Assembly: GCA_035370085.1 (NCBI GenBank)
Contig: DAOOVM010000002.1
Coordinates: 1-53,464 of the forward strand
Direction of reading: 5' to 3'
Length of the DNA: 53,464 bases
Source: Rhodanobacteraceae bacterium
Lineage (GTDB): Bacteria > Pseudomonadota > Gammaproteobacteria > Xanthomonadales > Rhodanobacteraceae
Of the stretch, positions 34,253 to 44,422 are shown in pieces. The notes beneath the pieces were generated by a model. The model made no database searches. It was not told the DNA's origin and worked only from the letters and a program-made list of their open reading frames with translations. Position 1 is the first letter of the stretch. Each line of letters opens with the position of its first letter. A program made the translations under genes and the position numbers.

Positions 34253-34732
34253 CTACAGCACCGCGCCGAGTTCCTTCTCGATCTTCTCCGGCGTATCGGT
34301 CGGCGCATAGCGTTTCACCACCTGGCCGTTGCGATCGATCAGGAACTTGGTGAAGTTCCACTTGATGCCCTCGGTGCCGAGGAAACCGGATTTCTCGCTC
34401 TTCAGCCACTGGTACAGCGGGTGGGCGTCCCTGCCGTTGACGTCGACCTTGGCGAACAGGGGGAAACTCACGTCGTAGTTGAGCGAACAGAAGTTCTTGA
34501 TCTCCGCCTCGTCGCCCGGCTCCTGGTGGCCAAACTGGTCGCAGGGAAAGCCCAGCACGACCAGACCGCGGTCCTTGAACTTGCGGTACAGGGCTTCCAG
34601 CCCGGTGTACTGCGGGGTGAAGCCGCACTTGGAGGCCACGTTGACGACCAGCAGGGGTTTGCCCTTGTACTCGGACAGCTTCTGCACGCTGCCGTCGATG
34701 GTGGTGGCGGAAAAATCGTAGGCGGTGGTCAT
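34253..34732 (-). CDS. Glutathione peroxidase (Cys type)
   Basis: VNVASKCGFTPQY, GFPCDQFGHQEPG, KWNFTKFLI. Confidence 0.95.
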   Translation of the reverse strand: MTTAYDFSATTIDGSVQKLSEYKGKPLLVVNVASKCGFTPQYTGLEALYRKFKDRGLVVLGFPCDQFGHQEPGDEAEIKNFCSLNYDVSFPLFAKVDVNGRDAHPLYQWLKSEKSGFLGTEGIKWNFTKFLIDRNGQVVKRYAPTDTPEKIEKELGAVL

Positions 34733-34770
34733 GGAGCAGCTCCCGGAACGGTGGCGCCAGCATAAGCCAA

Positions 34771-36069
34771 TCACGTCGCCGCGCGGGTGTCCGTCACGAC
34801 CGGCGGCTCCTGCGGTCCGCGCGCCAGCGCGGCGGCCAGGGTCGCGTCATCGCGCAAGCCTTCCCACTTCGCCACCACCAGGGTGGCGACGCCGTTGCCG
34901 ATCAGGTTGGTGATGGCGCGCGCCTCGGACAGAAAGCGGTCCACGCCCAGAATCAGGGCCACGCCCTCCACCGGCACCTTGCCATTGAGCGCGGCCAGCG
35001 TCGCTGCCAGCGTAATGAAGCCGGACCCGGTTACGCCGGCCGCCCCCTTGGAGGTGAGCAGGAGCACGGCCAGCAAGGTGAGCTCTTCGCGCAGGCTCAA
35101 CTCCACCCCCAGCGCCTGGGCAATGAACACCGCCGCCAGGGTCAGATAAATGCAGGTGCCGTCGAGATTGAAGGAGTAACCCGTCGGCAGTACCAGGCCG
35201 ACCACGGCGCGGTCGCAGCCGGCCTCCTCCAGCCGCGCCAGCATCGGCGGCAGGGCCGATTCCGACGAGGAGGTGCCCAGCACCAACAGCAGTTCGCGCC
35301 GGATGAACACCAGGAATTTCCACAGCGAGAAGCCCGACCACCAGGCCACCGCGTTCAGCACCACGAAGATGAACAGCGCGCAGGTGGCGTAGACGGCCAC
35401 CATCAGCCAGGCCAGCGAGGCGAGCTTGGCCACGCCGAACTTGCCCACGGTGAAGGCCATCGCACCCAGGGCACCCACCGGGGCGAAACGCATGATGACC
35501 GCGACGATGCGGAAGAATACCGCCGAGACGTCGTCGAGCAGGTGCAGCACGCGGCGGCCCGGCTCGCCGCTGTGGGTCAGAGCGACGCCGAAGAACAGGG
35601 CCACCACGAGGATCTGCAGCAGATCACCGCTGGCGAAGGCGCCGAGGAAGGTGTCGGGTACGAGGTGCAGCAGGAAACTCACTATGCCCTGCTCGCCTGC
35701 GGCGCGCCGGAAGGCGGCGACCTCGCTGCCGTCGAGATGCGCGGGGTCGATGCCCATGCCCGCGCCGGGGCGGAGCGTGTTCGCCACCCAAAGACCGATG
35801 ACCAGGGCCAGGGTGGTGAGCACCTCGAAGTAGACCAGGGCCTTGAAGCCGATGCGGCCGACGTGGCGCAGGTCGCCCATGCGCGCGATGCCCACCGCCA
35901 CGGTGAGGAAGATCACCGGCGCAATGACCATCTTCACCAGCTTGATGAAGCCGTCGCCCAGCGGCTTCATCGCAGCGCCGGCCTCGGGCCAGAAATACCC
36001 CAGGGCCACGCCGATCGCGATGGCGATCAGCACCTGGACGTAGAGGTTCTTCCTCCATGGGCTGGGCAT
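34771..36069 (-). CDS. dctA: C4-dicarboxylate:cation symporter (DAACS family)
   Basis: [52 protein letters not shown]. Confidence 0.92.
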   Translation of the reverse strand: MPSPWRKNLYVQVLIAIAIGVALGYFWPEAGAAMKPLGDGFIKLVKMVIAPVIFLTVAVGIARMGDLRHVGRIGFKALVYFEVLTTLALVIGLWVANTLRPGAGMGIDPAHLDGSEVAAFRRAAGEQGIVSFLLHLVPDTFLGAFASGDLLQILVVALFFGVALTHSGEPGRRVLHLLDDVSAVFFRIVAVIMRFAPVGALGAMAFTVGKFGVAKLASLAWLMVAVYATCALFIFVVLNAVAWWSGFSLWKFLVFIRRELLLVLGTSSSESALPPMLARLEEAGCDRAVVGLVLPTGYSFNLDGTCIYLTLAAVFIAQALGVELSLREELTLLAVLLLTSKGAAGVTGSGFITLAATLAALNGKVPVEGVALILGVDRFLSEARAITNLIGNGVATLVVAKWEGLRDDATLAAALARGPQEPPVVTDTRAAT

Positions 36070-36211
36070 GCGTCCCCTGTCAGGCCAGAGCCTTCACTGC
36101 GGAGGGGCAGCGTACGCGCAGACGCTCGGTGGAAGCAAAGCCGAGGCGCGGGCGGCAGCCAGCGGCCGGGGAGTCGCTCCCTCCCCGGCGCTGCCGGTGC
36201 TGCGCAATTGC

Positions 36212-38584
36212 CTAGGCTGCCTTGAGCTTGGCCAGCCGCAGCCAGGTGTCCACCACGGTATCCGGGTTCAGCGACACCGACTCGATCTCCTGCTGCATCA
36301 GCCATTCGGCGAGATCGGGATGGTCGCTCGGGCCCTGACCGCAGATGCCGATGTACTTGCCCTTGGCGCGAGCGGTGGCAATGGCCATGGCCAGCAGCTT
36401 CTTCACCGCAGCATTGCGCTCGTCGAACAGGCTGGCGACGATGGCGGAATCACGATCAAGGCCCAGGGTGAGCTGGGTCAGGTCGTTGGAGCCGATGGAG
36501 AAGCCGTCGAAGATGTCGAGGAACTCGTCAGCGAGCAGCGCGTTGGAGGGCACCTCGCACATCATGATCACCTTGAGGCCATTCTCGCCCCGCTTCAGGC
36601 CGTTCTCGGCCAGCACTTCGATCACCTTGCGGCCTTCATCCAGCGTGCGCACGAAGGGGATCATGACCCAGGCATTGGTCAGGCCCATGGTCTCGCGCAC
36701 CTTCTTCATGGCGCGGCATTCCAGGGCGAAGGCATCGCGGAAGGACGGATCGACGTAGCGGCTGGCGCCGCGGAAGCCGATCATGGGATTTTCTTCGTGC
36801 GGCTCGTAACGGGCGCCGCCAATGAGATTGGCGTACTCGTTGGACTTGAAATCGGAAAGGCGCACGATCACCGGATTCGGCGCGAAGGCCGCGGTGATGC
36901 TGGCGATGCCCTCGGCCAGACGGTCGATGTAGAACGCCACCGGGTCGCTGTAGCCGGCCATGCGCTCATCGATCTTGCGGCGGGTTTCCGCATCCTGGTT
37001 GGCGTAGTCGAGCAGCGCCTTGGGATGCACGCCGATGTGGCTGGCGATGATCATCTCCAGACGCGCCAGGCCCACGCCCGCATTCGGCAGCATGGCGAAA
37101 TCGAAAGCGCGCTCGGGATTGGCCACGTTCATCATGATCTTCAGCGGGGCCGGCGGCATCTGGCCGAGATCGGCCGTGACGCGCTCGAAGGGCAGCTTGC
37201 CCGCGTAGATGGAGCCAGTGTCGCCCTCGGCGCAGGACACGGTGACCTCCGCGCCGTCGGGAATGCGGTCCAGCGCATTGCCACAACCCACCACGGCCGG
37301 CACGCCCAGTTCGCGCGCGATGATTGCGGCGTGGCAGGTGCGACCGCCGCGGTTGGTGACGATGGCCGCGGCGCGCTTCATCACCGGCTCCCAGTCGGGA
37401 TCGGTCATGTCGGCGACCAGCACGTCGCCGGGCTGCACACGATTCATGTCGGCCAGGGAGCGAATCACTCGCGCCGTGCCGGCGCCGATCTTGTGGCCGA
37501 TGGCGCGGCCTTCGGCCAACACGGTTCCCCTGGCGCCGAGGTGGAAGCGCTCGATCTGCGTGGCCTGGCCACGCGACTTCACCGTCTCCGGGCGCGCCTG
37601 CACGATGTAGAGCTTGCCGCTGACGCCGTCCTTCGCCCACTCGATGTCCATGGGGCGGCCGTAATGGCGCTCGATCACCAGCGACTGACGCGCCAGCTCC
37701 TCCACGTCCGCATCGGCGATGCAGAACCGGTTGCGGTCTGCCGCCGGCGTGTCTTCCACCTTCACGCGCTCGCCGGGCGCGCTCGAATAGACCATGCGCT
37801 GCTGCTTGGCGCCGAGCTGGCGGCGCAGGATGGCCGGCTTGCCGGCCGTCAGCGTGGGCTTGTAAACGTAGAACTCGTCGGGATTCACGGCGCCCTGCAC
37901 CACCATCTCGCCCAGGCCGTAGCTGCCCGTGAGGAAGACGGCGTCGCGGAAGCCCGATTCGGTGTCGAGCGTGAACAGCACGCCCGAGGCGCCCACGTCG
38001 GAGCGCACCATGAGCTGCACGCCGGCGGAAAGGAACACCTCCTCATGGGCAAAGCCGTGGTGCACGCGGTAAGCGATGGCGCGATCGTTGTACAGCGAGG
38101 CAAACACCTCCTTGACCTTGTGGATCACCTCGTCCGCGCCGCTGACGTTGAGGAACGTCTCCTGCTGGCCGGCAAAGCTCGCATCCGGCAGGTCCTCCGC
38201 CGTGGCCGAGGAACGCACCGCCACGGCCACGTCGGTGCCGCCAGCCCGGGCGCAGAGCTCAGCGTAGGCCGCACGCACGGCGGCGTCGAAGGCGGGAATG
38301 AGCGGGGTATCGATCACCCAGCCACGGATCTCCTTGCCCACCCGGGTCAGCGCATCGACGTCGTCCACGTCCAGCGCGGCCAGGCGCTGCTGGATGCGTT
38401 CGGCCAGGCCGCTCTGCGCAATGAACTGCTGGAAGGCATGCGCCGTGGTGGCGAAGCCGCCCGGCACCGATACACCCAGTTGGGCCAGGTTGCCGATCAT
38501 TTCGCCCAGGGAGGCATTCTTGCCGCCCACCTGGCCGAGGTCCGCCAGACGCAGCTTGTCCAGCCAAAGCACGAGGTCGCTCAA
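36212..38584 (-). CDS. ppsA: Phosphoenolpyruvate synthase
   Basis: [41 protein letters not shown] phospho-His, [11 protein letters not shown]; TTG start 38584 with GGAG SD. Confidence 0.97.
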   Translation of the reverse strand: MSDLVLWLDKLRLADLGQVGGKNASLGEMIGNLAQLGVSVPGGFATTAHAFQQFIAQSGLAERIQQRLAALDVDDVDALTRVGKEIRGWVIDTPLIPAFDAAVRAAYAELCARAGGTDVAVAVRSSATAEDLPDASFAGQQETFLNVSGADEVIHKVKEVFASLYNDRAIAYRVHHGFAHEEVFLSAGVQLMVRSDVGASGVLFTLDTESGFRDAVFLTGSYGLGEMVVQGAVNPDEFYVYKPTLTAGKPAILRRQLGAKQQRMVYSSAPGERVKVEDTPAADRNRFCIADADVEELARQSLVIERHYGRPMDIEWAKDGVSGKLYIVQARPETVKSRGQATQIERFHLGARGTVLAEGRAIGHKIGAGTARVIRSLADMNRVQPGDVLVADMTDPDWEPVMKRAAAIVTNRGGRTCHAAIIARELGVPAVVGCGNALDRIPDGAEVTVSCAEGDTGSIYAGKLPFERVTADLGQMPPAPLKIMMNVANPERAFDFAMLPNAGVGLARLEMIIASHIGVHPKALLDYANQDAETRRKIDERMAGYSDPVAFYIDRLAEGIASITAAFAPNPVIVRLSDFKSNEYANLIGGARYEPHEENPMIGFRGASRYVDPSFRDAFALECRAMKKVRETMGLTNAWVMIPFVRTLDEGRKVIEVLAENGLKRGENGLKVIMMCEVPSNALLADEFLDIFDGFSIGSNDLTQLTLGLDRDSAIVASLFDERNAAVKKLLAMAIATARAKGKYIGICGQGPSDHPDLAEWLMQQEIESVSLNPDTVVDTWLRLAKLKAA

Positions 38585-38813
38585 GGGAATCTCCGGATCA
38601 GCCCGCATGGGCGCGCCGCGCGCCCTGCCAAGTCGAGGGGTGAAGTGCGCCCGCCGGGAGCGCGCCGTGCCTTCCGCAGCGGCCCGCGGCCGCGAAAAGA
38701 GCCGGCCAATTTTCCGGGTTACAGCGCGATGAAACAAGTTGTGCGATGCAATAGGGCGGTGCCGTGACCGCGGGCGCCGGCTACACTGCGCCCCTTTGCG
38801 CCCGGACCTGCCC

Positions 38814-39629
38814 ATGCGTCGCACCATCTTCTACGTCTCCGACGGCACCGGCATCACGGCCGAGACCATCGGCCATTCCGTGCTGACGCAGTTCGACGGG
38901 GTCGAATTCGATACCTACCGCATCCCCTTCGTGGACGCGGAAGATCAGGCCCGCACGGCGGCGCTGCGCATCAAGACCGCCTATGCGCAGAACGGCATAC
39001 GCCCCATCGTCATCAATACGGTGGTGGACCCGCGGCTGACCGAGCTGCTGGCCGAGAGCGGCGCGCTGATGGTGGACGTGTTTGCGCCCTTCATCGGCCC
39101 CCTGGAGCAAGAACTCGGCGTCAAGCGCAAGCCCAGTGTGGGCAAGGCGCACGGCCTGGTGGACTTTGCCGAATACGAAGCGCGCATCAACGCCACCAAC
39201 TACGCGCTCAGCCACGATGACGGCATCGACGTGAACTACGGCGATGCCGAGGTGATCCTGGTCGGCGTGTCGCGTGTGGGCAAGACGCCCACCTGCCTGT
39301 ACATGGCCCTGCACTACGGCGTGAAAGCCGCCAATTACCCGCTGACCCCCGACGACCTGGAAAACCTGGAAATGCCGGTACGCCTCCGCCCCTACCGCGA
39401 GCGCCTGTTCGGCCTGACCATCGAACCGCAGCGTCTGGCCCAGGTGCGCGAGGCGCGCAAGCCCGGCAGCAAGTACGCCACGCTGCCGCAATGCCGCTGG
39501 GAACTGGCACAGGCCGACAAACTGTTCCGCCGCGACGGCATCACCGCACTCAACACCACCCACACCTCGATCGAGGAGATCGCGAGCAAGATCCTCGCGG
39601 GTCTGGGCATCGAGAAGCACATGTTCTAG
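38814..39629 (+). CDS. ppsR: PEP synthase regulatory protein (kinase/pyrophosphorylase, DUF299)
   Basis: [29 protein letters not shown]; divergent from ppsA. Confidence 0.95.
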   Translation: MRRTIFYVSDGTGITAETIGHSVLTQFDGVEFDTYRIPFVDAEDQARTAALRIKTAYAQNGIRPIVINTVVDPRLTELLAESGALMVDVFAPFIGPLEQELGVKRKPSVGKAHGLVDFAEYEARINATNYALSHDDGIDVNYGDAEVILVGVSRVGKTPTCLYMALHYGVKAANYPLTPDDLENLEMPVRLRPYRERLFGLTIEPQRLAQVREARKPGSKYATLPQCRWELAQADKLFRRDGITALNTTHTSIEEIASKILAGLGIEKHMF

Positions 39630-39789
39630 CGGCCCGGCTGGCCGCGGCGCCGCTCCGAAACGGCGTGCACCGGGCGCAGTGCCGCTGTCCGTGAAGGCAA
39701 CGGCGACGCAAGCCGGCTTGTCATCCTAGCAAGCCTTCCAGCGCGACGGCAGACTGGCCGGCGCTGCGATGGCGAGCCTATGATCGGCC

Positions 39790-40272
39790 ATGCATCGCGC
39801 CCTCGAATCCGTTCCGCTGCTGCCCAGCCGCTTCGCCTTTCTGATGGGCCTCTATGCGGAGAACTACCACCGGCTGAGCCGCCTCTTCGCGCCGCAGAGC
39901 CTGTCACCCGGCAGCTGGCTGTCGAGCCTGGACGATGGCCTGGACGTGCAGCTCGACGTCATCGAGCGCCACCGCTACACACTGGAGCTGCGTCTCACCT
40001 ATCGCCTGGTCGATGCCAGTACGGGCGAGCTGTCGCCCTCGGCCTGGCTGCGCCTGTATCAGGACGCACACCTGGCCGAGGCAACGCATTGCCATCCGAG
40101 CCCGCACCTGCTCAAGGTGCTCGGCCCCTTCCCTGCGGCACGCACCGTTTTCCAGCACCGCCTGCGCATGAACAGCTTCCTGACGCGCTGGCTGGAATAC
40201 CTCGGCGAACAGGGGCACTCCGTGGGCACCTTGCGACCCAACGAACGGGGCCGCACGCTGCAGGCGAGCTGA
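39790..40272 (+). CDS. DUF1249 family protein
   Basis: LMGLYAENYHRL, RYTLEL, RLYQDAHLAE, NSFLTRWLEYL. Confidence 0.85.
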   Translation: MHRALESVPLLPSRFAFLMGLYAENYHRLSRLFAPQSLSPGSWLSSLDDGLDVQLDVIERHRYTLELRLTYRLVDASTGELSPSAWLRLYQDAHLAEATHCHPSPHLLKVLGPFPAARTVFQHRLRMNSFLTRWLEYLGEQGHSVGTLRPNERGRTLQAS

Positions 40273-40336
40273 ATGCGGCATCACACGGTTCACCGAATCG
40301 GCGCAACCGAACGCTACGCGTCGCCCATGCGGGTAC

Positions 40337-40369
40337 AAAGAAAAAGGGCCCGCATCGCTGCAGGCCCTT
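40337..40369 (-). terminator. Intrinsic terminator after the tRNA operon
   Basis: AAGGGCC..GGCCCTT hairpin with T-rich tail on the minus strand directly after tRNA-Asp. Confidence 0.75.
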
Positions 40370-40373
40370 CAAG

Positions 40374-40450
40374 TGGCGGAGTGGACGGGACTCGAACCCG
40401 CGACCCTCGGCGTGACAGGCCGATATTCTAACCGGCTGAACTACCACTCC
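40374..40450 (-). tRNA. tRNA-Asp(GTC)
   Basis: GGAGTGG..CTGTCAC..GGTTCGAGTCC..CCACTCCGCCA cloverleaf, 77 nt. Confidence 0.97.
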
Positions 40451-40503
40451 GTTTTCGTTGTGCCCTTCGCGCTCTTTCACTGCACGATGCGGGCTTGTGT
40501 ACT

Positions 40504-40579
40504 TGGCGTCCCCACGGGGATTCGAACCCCGGTCGCCACCGTGAAAGGGTGATGTCCTAGGCCTCTAGACGATGGGGAC
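40504..40579 (-). tRNA. tRNA-Glu(TTC)
   Basis: GTCCCCA..CTTTCAC..GGTTCGAATCC..TGGGGACGCCA, 76 nt. Confidence 0.97.
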
Positions 40580-40598
40580 GTTGAAGCGGAATTTCGCG

Positions 40599-40674
<76 letters not shown>

Positions 40675-40690
40675 ACGCGAGAGAGGCGGA

Positions 40691-40739
40691 ATCTTAGGCA
40701 GGCGATCGCACCGCGTCAACCCCCGCGGCAAAAAAATTT
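40691..40739 (-). promoter_or_regulatory. Stable-RNA-type sigma70 promoter of tRNA-Ala-Glu-Asp
   Basis: Minus strand TTGACG (40714-40719) N17 TAAGAT (40691-40696), GC-rich discriminator, upstream A/T tract (UP-element-like). Confidence 0.8.
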
Positions 40740-40804
40740 CGCGGCGACGGAGGCATGGCCCGGGCTTCGCCGCGCCGTGACGCGAGCCATGCCAGTCTGC
40801 CGCG

Positions 40805-40987
40805 ATGGCCAAGCACCGGGGCAACAAGTCCTATTTGCCGCGCAAGACCTGCCCGGTGTGCGGGCGCGAGATGGTCTGGCGCCGCCGCTGGGCGGGCTGC
40901 TGGAACGACGTGCGTTTTTGCTCCGACGCATGCCGCCGCAGGCGCACGCCGGGGCCGGGGCCTGCGCCATCAACACCGACAGGTTGA
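40805..40987 (+). CDS. DUF2256 family small Cys-rich protein
   Basis: KSYLPRKTCPVCGREMVWRRRW..CWNDVRFCSDACRR. Confidence 0.85.
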   Translation: MAKHRGNKSYLPRKTCPVCGREMVWRRRWAGCWNDVRFCSDACRRRRTPGPGPAPSTPTG

Positions 40988-41029
40988 CGTTCTCTGCGAA
41001 TCCGGCGGTCGACCCGGCATAATCCCCGG

Positions 41030-42793
41030 ATGCTCGGAATCCGCTTCATCCACGATCTCGCCCTCATCATGGTGGTGGCAGGCATCACCACCGTCCTGTG
41101 CCATCGCCTGCGCCAGCCTGTGGTGCTCGGCTACCTGGTCGCGGGCATGTTATTGGGTCCGCACACGCCGCCCCTTGCCTTCGTGCTGGAAGAGCAGAGC
41201 CTGCACGCCATCGCCGAGCTCGGCGTGGTGCTGCTGCTCTTCTCGGTGGGACTCGAATTCAACCTGCGCCGCCTGCGCCAGGTCGGTGCCGGCCCGGTCG
41301 TGGCGGCCGGCACCGAAGTCATGCTGATGCTCTGGCTGGGCTATGAACTGGGGCGGGCCTTCGGCTGGCGCACCATGGACGCGCTGTTCCTCGGCGCCAT
41401 CATGTCGCTCTCGTCGACCATGCTGGTGCTGCGCAGCCTGGACGATGCGGGTCGCCGCAAGGAAGCCTTCGGCCAGTTGGTCCTTGGCATCCTCGTGGTC
41501 GAGGACATCTTCACCGTGGTGCTCATCGCCCTGCTCTCGGGCATCGCCCTGACCGGCGACGTCGCGCCCGGGCAGGCGCTGACCCTGATCGGCAAGCTCG
41601 CTTTGTTCGTCGTCGTCGGCCTCGTGCTCGGCCTCCTGGCGATCCCGCGCTTCATCGACTGGGTAGCAGGGCTGGGCCGCAACGAAACCCTGCTGGTGAC
41701 CACGCTGGGCGTCTGCTTCGGCGCGAGCCTGCTGGCGGTGAACGCCGGCCTCAGCGTCGCCCTCGGCGCCTTCATCTCCGGCGCGATCGTCGGGGAGTCG
41801 CATGCGCTGCCGCGCGTGGAGAAACTCATCGCCCCGCTGCGCGACATGTTCGGCGCCCTCTTCTTTGTCGCGATCGGCATGCTGATCGATCCGCGGGCCT
41901 TGCTGCAGTACTGGCTGCCGGTCCTGCTCGTGTCGGTCGCGGTGATCGTGGGCAAGACTCTCACCTGCACCTTTGGCGGCGCGCTGGCCGGTCACGACGG
42001 CCGCAACGCCCTGCGCGCGGGTCTGAGCCTCGCCCAGATTGGCGAGTTCAGCTTCGTCATCGCCTCGCTCGGCCTGAGCCTCAAGGTGACCAGCGATTTC
42101 CTCTATCCCATCGCCGTGGCGGTTTCGGCAGTGACGGCCTTCGTCACGCCCTACCTCGTGCGCTCCTCCGACCGTATCGCCGAGGCGGCCGAGCGGCGCA
42201 TGCCGCGCCCAATGCGCGTGCTGCTCGCCGCCTATGCCAACTGGATCGCCGGACTGAAACCGGTGGAGGAAAACGCGGCGATCGCCGCGATGCTGCGCCG
42301 CCTGGTGTTCCACATCGTCATCAACATGGCCCTGGTGATGGCCGTGTTCCTCGGCGCCTCCTACCTCAAGCCGCGACTGCTCGAATTGCTGCCCGAGTCA
42401 ATCGCCAGCGACGGTGCGCGCCGTTCCGTGCTGTGGGCCGCCGCATTGTTCCTTTCCTTGCCGATGTTGATCGCTGCCTACCGCAAGGCCGATGCCCTGG
42501 GCATGGTGCTGGCGGAACTCGGCATTCGCGAGGGCGCGGCCGGCGCCCGCACCTATGCCCTGCGCCGGGTGCTGGGCAAGCTCATTCCGCTGGGCGCACT
42601 GGTGATTCTCGCCTTGCTGGTCACCGTCCTTGGCGCGGCAATCCTGCCGCCAGGGGAGGTACTGCTCGTCCTGCTGGCGCTGGCAGCTCTGGTGTCGGCC
42701 TTCCTCTGGCGCAGCTTCGTGCAAGTGCACGCGCGCCTGCAGGCGGCGCTCAAGGAGACCATCGAGAAGCCCGCAGAGGCAACACCGCACTGA
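41030..42793 (+). CDS. Cation:proton antiporter, CPA2 (Kef-type) family
   Basis: QPVVLGYLVAG, LFSVGLEF, LSSTM, GILVVEDI, LGAFISG, FFVAIGM, AQIGEFSF. Confidence 0.92.
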   Translation: MLGIRFIHDLALIMVVAGITTVLCHRLRQPVVLGYLVAGMLLGPHTPPLAFVLEEQSLHAIAELGVVLLLFSVGLEFNLRRLRQVGAGPVVAAGTEVMLMLWLGYELGRAFGWRTMDALFLGAIMSLSSTMLVLRSLDDAGRRKEAFGQLVLGILVVEDIFTVVLIALLSGIALTGDVAPGQALTLIGKLALFVVVGLVLGLLAIPRFIDWVAGLGRNETLLVTTLGVCFGASLLAVNAGLSVALGAFISGAIVGESHALPRVEKLIAPLRDMFGALFFVAIGMLIDPRALLQYWLPVLLVSVAVIVGKTLTCTFGGALAGHDGRNALRAGLSLAQIGEFSFVIASLGLSLKVTSDFLYPIAVAVSAVTAFVTPYLVRSSDRIAEAAERRMPRPMRVLLAAYANWIAGLKPVEENAAIAAMLRRLVFHIVINMALVMAVFLGASYLKPRLLELLPESIASDGARRSVLWAAALFLSLPMLIAAYRKADALGMVLAELGIREGAAGARTYALRRVLGKLIPLGALVILALLVTVLGAAILPPGEVLLVLLALAALVSAFLWRSFVQVHARLQAALKETIEKPAEATPH

Positions 42794-42969
42794 CCACCAG
42801 GATGCAGCCGAGTGTTCGCGCATCCTGTGCCGAGTCGGCGGTTTGCCTTGCTCCTCGCGCAAATTCTGCGTGGAAGCTCACGGCGCTGCTGCGCGCCCGG
42901 GGCGCCATGACGACGAAGCCGCGGCGGATTGCCCGCACGCGGCTTCGAAGAACGGCAGGCAAGGTAGCG

Positions 42970-44406
42970 TTACAGACCGAAGGCCTGATTGCACCATCCA
43001 TAGAGCGGCCCCCAGAACAGGCCCAGGGCCAGCAGGGCCATCGCGTTCAATGACAGCACCCAGCGCAGCGGCGCATCCGCCACGGTCACGGCCGGCGCGT
43101 GCTCTTCCGCCTCGTCGAAATACATGACCTTGACGATGCGCAGGTAGTAGTAGATCCCGACGATGGCGAAAGCGATGGCGACGATGGCCAGCCACAGCAT
43201 GCCGGCATCGACCACCGACTTGAGCACCAACAGCTTGGCGAAGAAGCCGAACAGCGGCGGCACACCGGCCAACGAGAACATCACCAGCGACATGAGGAAG
43301 GCGTACCAGGGGGCGCGCTGATTGAGACCGCGGAAATCCGCAATCTCCTCGGCCTCGAAGCCCGCGCGTGCGAGCAGCAAGATCATGCCGAAGGCCGCCG
43401 CGGCGGTCAGCGCGTAGCTGATGGCGTAGAACATCGCCGCCGAGTAAGCCAGAGGCGTGCCGCCGATCAGGCCGAGGAAGAGGAAGCCGACGTGGGAAAT
43501 GGTGGAATACGCCAGCATGCGCTTGAGGTTGGTCTGCGCAATGGCGGCGATGTTGCCGATCGCCAGCGACAGCACTGACAGCACGGCGAGCATCTCCTGC
43601 CAGTGCACCACGAGACCGCCGAGTCCAGCTTCAAGCAGGCGGTAGGCCATGCCGAAGGCGGCCAGTTTGGGCGCCGAGCCGATGAACACGGTGACGGCTG
43701 TGGGCGAACCCTGGTAGACATCGGGCAGCCACATGTGGAACGGCGCCGCGCCGAACTTGAAGGCGATGCCGACCACGAGGAAAACCAGGCCGAAGCGCAG
43801 CAGGCCGGGGCTCTGTGTGGTCGCGGCGGCCGCATGGATCTTGCCGAGATCCAGCGTGTGCGTGGCACCGTAGATCATCGACATGCCGTACAGCAGCATG
43901 CCCGACGCCAGCGCGCCGAGCACGAAGTACTTCATCGCTGCCTCGGAGGACAGCGGCGAGTCGCGATTGAGTCCGACCAGGGCGTAGGACGACAGCGCCA
44001 GCAGTTCCAGCCCGAGATAGACCATGACCAGACTGCCCGCTGACACCAGAAACAACATGCCCAGCACCGCGAAGAGACACAGGCTGTAGTACTCGCCGAC
44101 GAAGAGCTGGCGGTCGGCCAGGTAGGGGCGCGCGTAAACGAAGACCAGGCCCGATACCAGCAGCACGAACAGCTTGAGCGTGGTGGCCATGGAGTCGCGC
44201 AGGAACATGCCGCCGAAGGCGCTGCCGCCCTCCGCGCCGGGCCCGCACAGCACCAGCCAGCCGGTCACGGCCAGGGCGAGGATGGACAGATAATGCGTCA
44301 GGCTGCGGCGGCTCTGCTTTACGAACAGGTCAAGCACCAGCAGCACGCAGATCGCCGCCGTCAGGAAGGATTCGGGCAGCAGCAGGAGGAGGTCGTGGGA
44401 ATTCAT
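42970..44406 (-). CDS. nuoN: NADH-quinone oxidoreductase subunit N
   Basis: EAAMKYFVLG, FKFGAAPFHMWLPDVYQG, KRMLAYSTISH. Confidence 0.97.
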   Translation of the reverse strand: MNSHDLLLLLPESFLTAAICVLLVLDLFVKQSRRSLTHYLSILALAVTGWLVLCGPGAEGGSAFGGMFLRDSMATTLKLFVLLVSGLVFVYARPYLADRQLFVGEYYSLCLFAVLGMLFLVSAGSLVMVYLGLELLALSSYALVGLNRDSPLSSEAAMKYFVLGALASGMLLYGMSMIYGATHTLDLGKIHAAAATTQSPGLLRFGLVFLVVGIAFKFGAAPFHMWLPDVYQGSPTAVTVFIGSAPKLAAFGMAYRLLEAGLGGLVVHWQEMLAVLSVLSLAIGNIAAIAQTNLKRMLAYSTISHVGFLFLGLIGGTPLAYSAAMFYAISYALTAAAAFGMILLLARAGFEAEEIADFRGLNQRAPWYAFLMSLVMFSLAGVPPLFGFFAKLLVLKSVVDAGMLWLAIVAIAFAIVGIYYYLRIVKVMYFDEAEEHAPAVTVADAPLRWVLSLNAMALLALGLFWGPLYGWCNQAFGL

Positions 44407-44422
44407 GGCGTCGTTCCTGCGC

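Noticed and set aside
34253-34732. Possible selenocysteine glutathione peroxidase
   Set aside because: The active-site codon is TGC (Cys) and there is no in-frame TGA
38700-38760. AT-richer stretch (GGTTACA..TGAAACAAGTTG) between ppsA and ppsR as a HexR/Cra/LacI operator
   Set aside because: No convincing palindrome; cannot be assigned without comparative motif analysis
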